Program-made: the position numbers and the translations under genes | The notes under the pieces: model-generated | Seen by the model: only the letters and a program-made list of their open reading frames with translations | Databases searched by the model: none | What the model was told of the DNA's origin: nothing | Origin: an uncultured delta proteobacterium | GTDB taxonomy: Bacteria; Desulfobacterota; Binatia; UBA9968 | Direction of reading: 5' to 3' | NCBI GenBank assembly: GCA_963728565.1 | Contig: CAVSLC010000004.1 | Span: 75,984 to 139,983, forward strand | Length of the DNA stretch: 64,000 bases | In this document: positions 61,100-64,000 of the stretch, one piece after another | Layout: each line of letters opens with the position of its first letter | How positions within the stretch are numbered: position 1 is the stretch's first letter

Positions 61100-62275
61100 T
61101 TAGATCACGCCCTTGTCTTTGAGCTCCGCGATCTTCTTGCTGTCATATCCCAACGCCGTCAAGAACTCCGCATTGTGCTCGCCGAGCTCGGGCGGCGGCC
61201 CGGGATGAGGTGATTTGGTTTCGCTGTACTCGTTGGGGAATTTAACCGTGCGAATGTCCGGCCTGTCTTTGCGGTCGATCTTTATCTCCAGACCCATGTG
61301 CTTTATCTGCGGGTCTTCGAACAGTTCGAGCATGTTGTAAACCGGCGTGTGCGGCACATCGTTGAGTTCGAGCTGCTCGAGCCAGTAGGAGCGCGGTTTC
61401 TCCTTGAAATAGTCGCTAAACACCTTGTTCAACTCCGAATAATTCTTGCGGCGGTTGGGCCGGGTGTTGAAACGTGGATCATCGATCATCTCAGGGTGGC
61501 CGGCGGATTTGCACAAACCTTCCCAGAATTTCTGCGGCGATGACAGATGGATGGCGAAGGGCAAGCCATCGGAACCGCTGAAGGCGTAAGTTTGCGACTG
61601 CATCGGTCGGGTGTACGGTCCGGGAATCTTGCCAGTGGCCAGCGCATCGGTAGCCGGAGCGTTCAAGAAAGCCAGAACCGAACCAGCCATCGTGGTATCG
61701 ACCTGCTGGCCCTTGCCGGTTTTCGCTCGCGCCACCAACGCGCTTAGAACACCGACGGTCGCGAACACCCCGCTCAAGCTGTCGGCGTAGTTGGGACCGA
61801 TCGGGCGTGGATCTTTCGCCTCCATCAGCAAACTCAACATACCGCCAAGTCCCTGGCCCACCGTGTCGTAGGCGGGCCGCTTAGCATAGGGACCGGTCGG
61901 TCCGGTGCCGGTGATCGAACAGTATATGAGTTGCTGGTTGAGCTTGCTCAGGCTCTCGTAATCGATGCCCAGTCGCTTTGTCACTCCCGGCCGGTAGTTT
62001 TCCACAATCACATCGGCATCTTTGACTAGGCCAAGAAAGATCTCCTTGCCCTCCGGGGTTTGCAAATTCAACGTCACGCTTTTCTTGCCACGGTTGTAAG
62101 CCCAGAAATTGGGTTGATCACCGCCCAGATCCCAACCGCGAAAGGGATCGCCGCCTTGAGGATTTTCAATCTTGATAACTTCCGCGCCCAGATCGGCAAG
62201 CAACATCGCGCCGTAAGGACCGGAAATAAAATTACCCAGTTCCAAAACTCTGATACCTTCTAAACAACCATTCAT
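61100..62275 (-). CDS. Class III (CaiB/BaiF) CoA transferase
   Basis: LADLGAEVIKIE, NRGKKS, ENYRPG, catalytic aspartate in YADSLSG, PPPELGEHN. Confidence 0.92.
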   Translation of the reverse strand: MNGCLEGIRVLELGNFISGPYGAMLLADLGAEVIKIENPQGGDPFRGWDLGGDQPNFWAYNRGKKSVTLNLQTPEGKEIFLGLVKDADVIVENYRPGVTKRLGIDYESLSKLNQQLIYCSITGTGPTGPYAKRPAYDTVGQGLGGMLSLLMEAKDPRPIGPNYADSLSGVFATVGVLSALVARAKTGKGQQVDTTMAGSVLAFLNAPATDALATGKIPGPYTRPMQSQTYAFSGSDGLPFAIHLSSPQKFWEGLCKSAGHPEMIDDPRFNTRPNRRKNYSELNKVFSDYFKEKPRSYWLEQLELNDVPHTPVYNMLELFEDPQIKHMGLEIKIDRKDRPDIRTVKFPNEYSETKSPHPGPPPELGEHNAEFLTALGYDSKKIAELKDKGVI

Positions 62276-62327
62276 ATACTCTCCCACTGGAAATTTTCTC
62301 TCATCGCTTTGTGATCCGGAGCAGACT

Positions 62328-62390
62328 CACCACGGAGATGCGGAAGATGCAGAGAAATGATCACAAACACTCAGCACTCCGTCTGCGCGG
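62328..62390. repeat. Degenerate REP-like element
   Basis: CACCACGGAGATGCGGAAGATGCAGAG...CTCAGCACTCCG, related in style to 19728-19834. Confidence 0.4.
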
Positions 62391-62400
62391 AATATGACTT

Positions 62401-63576
62401 TTAAATAACGCCCTTCTGTTTGAGCTCGGCGATCCTGGTTTCGTCATAACCCAAGGACTTCAAGAATTCATCGTTATGTTCGCCAAGCTCCGGCGGCGGG
62501 GCAGGATGAGGCGATGGAGTTTCGCTGTGAGTCAAAGGGAACTTCACGGTTCGAATCGTTGGCTTGTTTTTTCGCTCAATGGCGATTTCCATGCCCATGT
62601 GTTTTACCTGCGGATCTTCGAACACCTCCTTCAAGTTATACACGGGCGTATGCGGCACGTCGTTGGCTTCGAGCGCCTCGATCCATGCCGACCGGGGCTG
62701 TTGTTTGAAAAACTCCGCGAAAGTCTGGCTGAGAGCGTCATAGTTGGAACGCCGGTCCGGGCGTGTTTTAAACCGGGGATCTTCGATCAATTCCGGATGG
62801 CCGACCGTTTTGCATAAACCTTCCCAGAATTTTTGCGGCGACGACAAGTGAATCGCCAGCAGTGCGCCATCCGCGCAGGCGAAGGCGTAAGTCTGCGATT
62901 GGCGCGGCCGGGTGTACGGACCTGGGATTCTTCCATCTGCGAGAGTTTCGGTTGCCGGCGCGTTCAAAAAAGCCAGAATCGAACCGACCATGGTGGCATC
63001 GATTTGTTGTCCCTTGCCGGTACGCGTGCGCGCCGTCAGTGCTCCCAAAATGCCCAGCGCCGAGAACATGCCGCTCAGGCAGTCGGCGTAGGCCGGGCCC
63101 ACCGGCTTAGGATTCTGTGGGTCCATCAGAACACTCATCATGCCGCCCATGCCTTGACCCACCGTGTCATAGGCCGGCCGTTTGACGTACGGCCCAGTCG
63201 GTCCGGTGCCTGTGATCGAGCAGCATATAATTTTTTCATTGACCTTCTGCAGCGATTCGTAATCGATGCCCAGCTTCTTGGTTACGCCTGGACGGTAATT
63301 GTCCATGATTACGTCGGCCTGCTTCACGAGGCCATAAAAAATTTCCTTGCCTTCGGCTGTTTGCAGATTCAAGGTCACACTTTTCTTGCCGCGATTGTAG
63401 GCCCAGAAATTGGGCTGGTCGCCGCCAAAGTCCCAGCCGCGAAATGGATCGCCGCCCTTGGGATTTTCAACCTTGATCACTTCGGCGCCCATATCCGCGA
63501 GCAACATCGCGCCATAGGGCCCGGAAATAAAATTGCCCAGCTCCAAAACTCTGATGCCGTCCAAACAACCTTTCAT
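62401..63576 (-). CDS. Class III (CaiB/BaiF) CoA transferase, tandem paralog
   Basis: Same motifs (YADCLSG); near-colinear with 61100-62275. Confidence 0.92.
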   Translation of the reverse strand: MKGCLDGIRVLELGNFISGPYGAMLLADMGAEVIKVENPKGGDPFRGWDFGGDQPNFWAYNRGKKSVTLNLQTAEGKEIFYGLVKQADVIMDNYRPGVTKKLGIDYESLQKVNEKIICCSITGTGPTGPYVKRPAYDTVGQGMGGMMSVLMDPQNPKPVGPAYADCLSGMFSALGILGALTARTRTGKGQQIDATMVGSILAFLNAPATETLADGRIPGPYTRPRQSQTYAFACADGALLAIHLSSPQKFWEGLCKTVGHPELIEDPRFKTRPDRRSNYDALSQTFAEFFKQQPRSAWIEALEANDVPHTPVYNLKEVFEDPQVKHMGMEIAIERKNKPTIRTVKFPLTHSETPSPHPAPPPELGEHNDEFLKSLGYDETRIAELKQKGVI

Positions 63577-63686
63577 GCGTTTCCCCTCGTTGGTATTCTT
63601 GCTAAGCCTTCATCGACGTCCGAATGGACAGTGATTGTCGATTTAGATATTGAACTTTCATACCTTCCAATTCGCAGGAGAACAAG

Positions 63687-64000
63687 ATGGCAGCATCGCC
63701 GCCCGTCACCGCTACCTTGGCCCGCTTCGTCGCCGAGACCGACTATTCGACTATTTCCGATACTGCCTTGAGCAGCGCCAAAATGCATCTGCTCGATACA
63801 ATTGGCGCAGCCTTGGCGGCCGTGGGCACGCCGGTAGCCGCGATTGCATTGGATTACTGCAAACGCATGGGCCGGTCGCAGGAGGCCTCGATCTGGGGAA
63901 CGGACGATAAAGCTTCGGCCCCGATGGCGGCGTTTACCAACGGTTTGTTGGCTCACGCTTTGGATTTTGATGACTGGGATGCCTACCTGCGCGCGGGCCA
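63687..64000 (+). CDS. MmgE/PrpD family protein (partial, runs off the window; not in the ORF track)
   Basis: AGGAG RBS; MAASPPVTATLARFV...HLLDTIG...AAFTNGLLAHALDFDD. Confidence 0.88.
   Translation, partial: MAASPPVTATLARFVAETDYSTISDTALSSAKMHLLDTIGAALAAVGTPVAAIALDYCKRMGRSQEASIWGTDDKASAPMAAFTNGLLAHALDFDDWDAYLRAG

Noticed and set aside
1-64000. CRISPR arrays, tRNA/rRNA genes, prophage or defence systems
   Set aside because: No regularly spaced direct repeats, tRNA-like patterns, or phage/defence protein motifs were seen by eye.

Overview
GC-rich bacterial chromosomal segment. The gene style (many NitT/TauT-type binding proteins, amidohydrolases, class III CoA transferases, MmgE/PrpD) suggests a soil Candidatus Binatia/Deltaproteobacteria-like genome; this is an inference. 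Housekeeping and metabolic content: 3' end of clpB, two tandem DHA2 MFS transporters, dinB, hemE-hemH-hemY, hrpB, yadGH-type ABC, a glyoxylate shunt (long ICL2-type isocitrate lyase plus malate synthase G), a sugar ABC operon, a D,D-carboxypeptidase, a PhoD-like phosphatase, tandem CoA transferases and the start of an MmgE/PrpD gene. No rRNA, tRNA, CRISPR array or transposase was seen. At least 8 single-base indels break 6 otherwise intact genes, most likely long-read assembly errors. Main novelty candidates: (1) an operon at 22707-27852 with a CADD/heme-oxygenase-like diiron domain fused to an enolase-superfamily domain, a GH3-type amido synthetase, a membrane protein and a plant-type D-amino acid transaminase/ADC lyase homolog; (2) two diverged intergenic elements (2147-2311 and 52763-52911) that share one RNA-like fold; (3) a TA-flanked 129-bp palindromic MITE inserted in frame in a DUF1835 gene, with a second intergenic copy; (4) a binding protein/DUF4392/variant cyclic amidohydrolase operon; (5) a perfect DnaA-box palindrome with no dnaA in the window.
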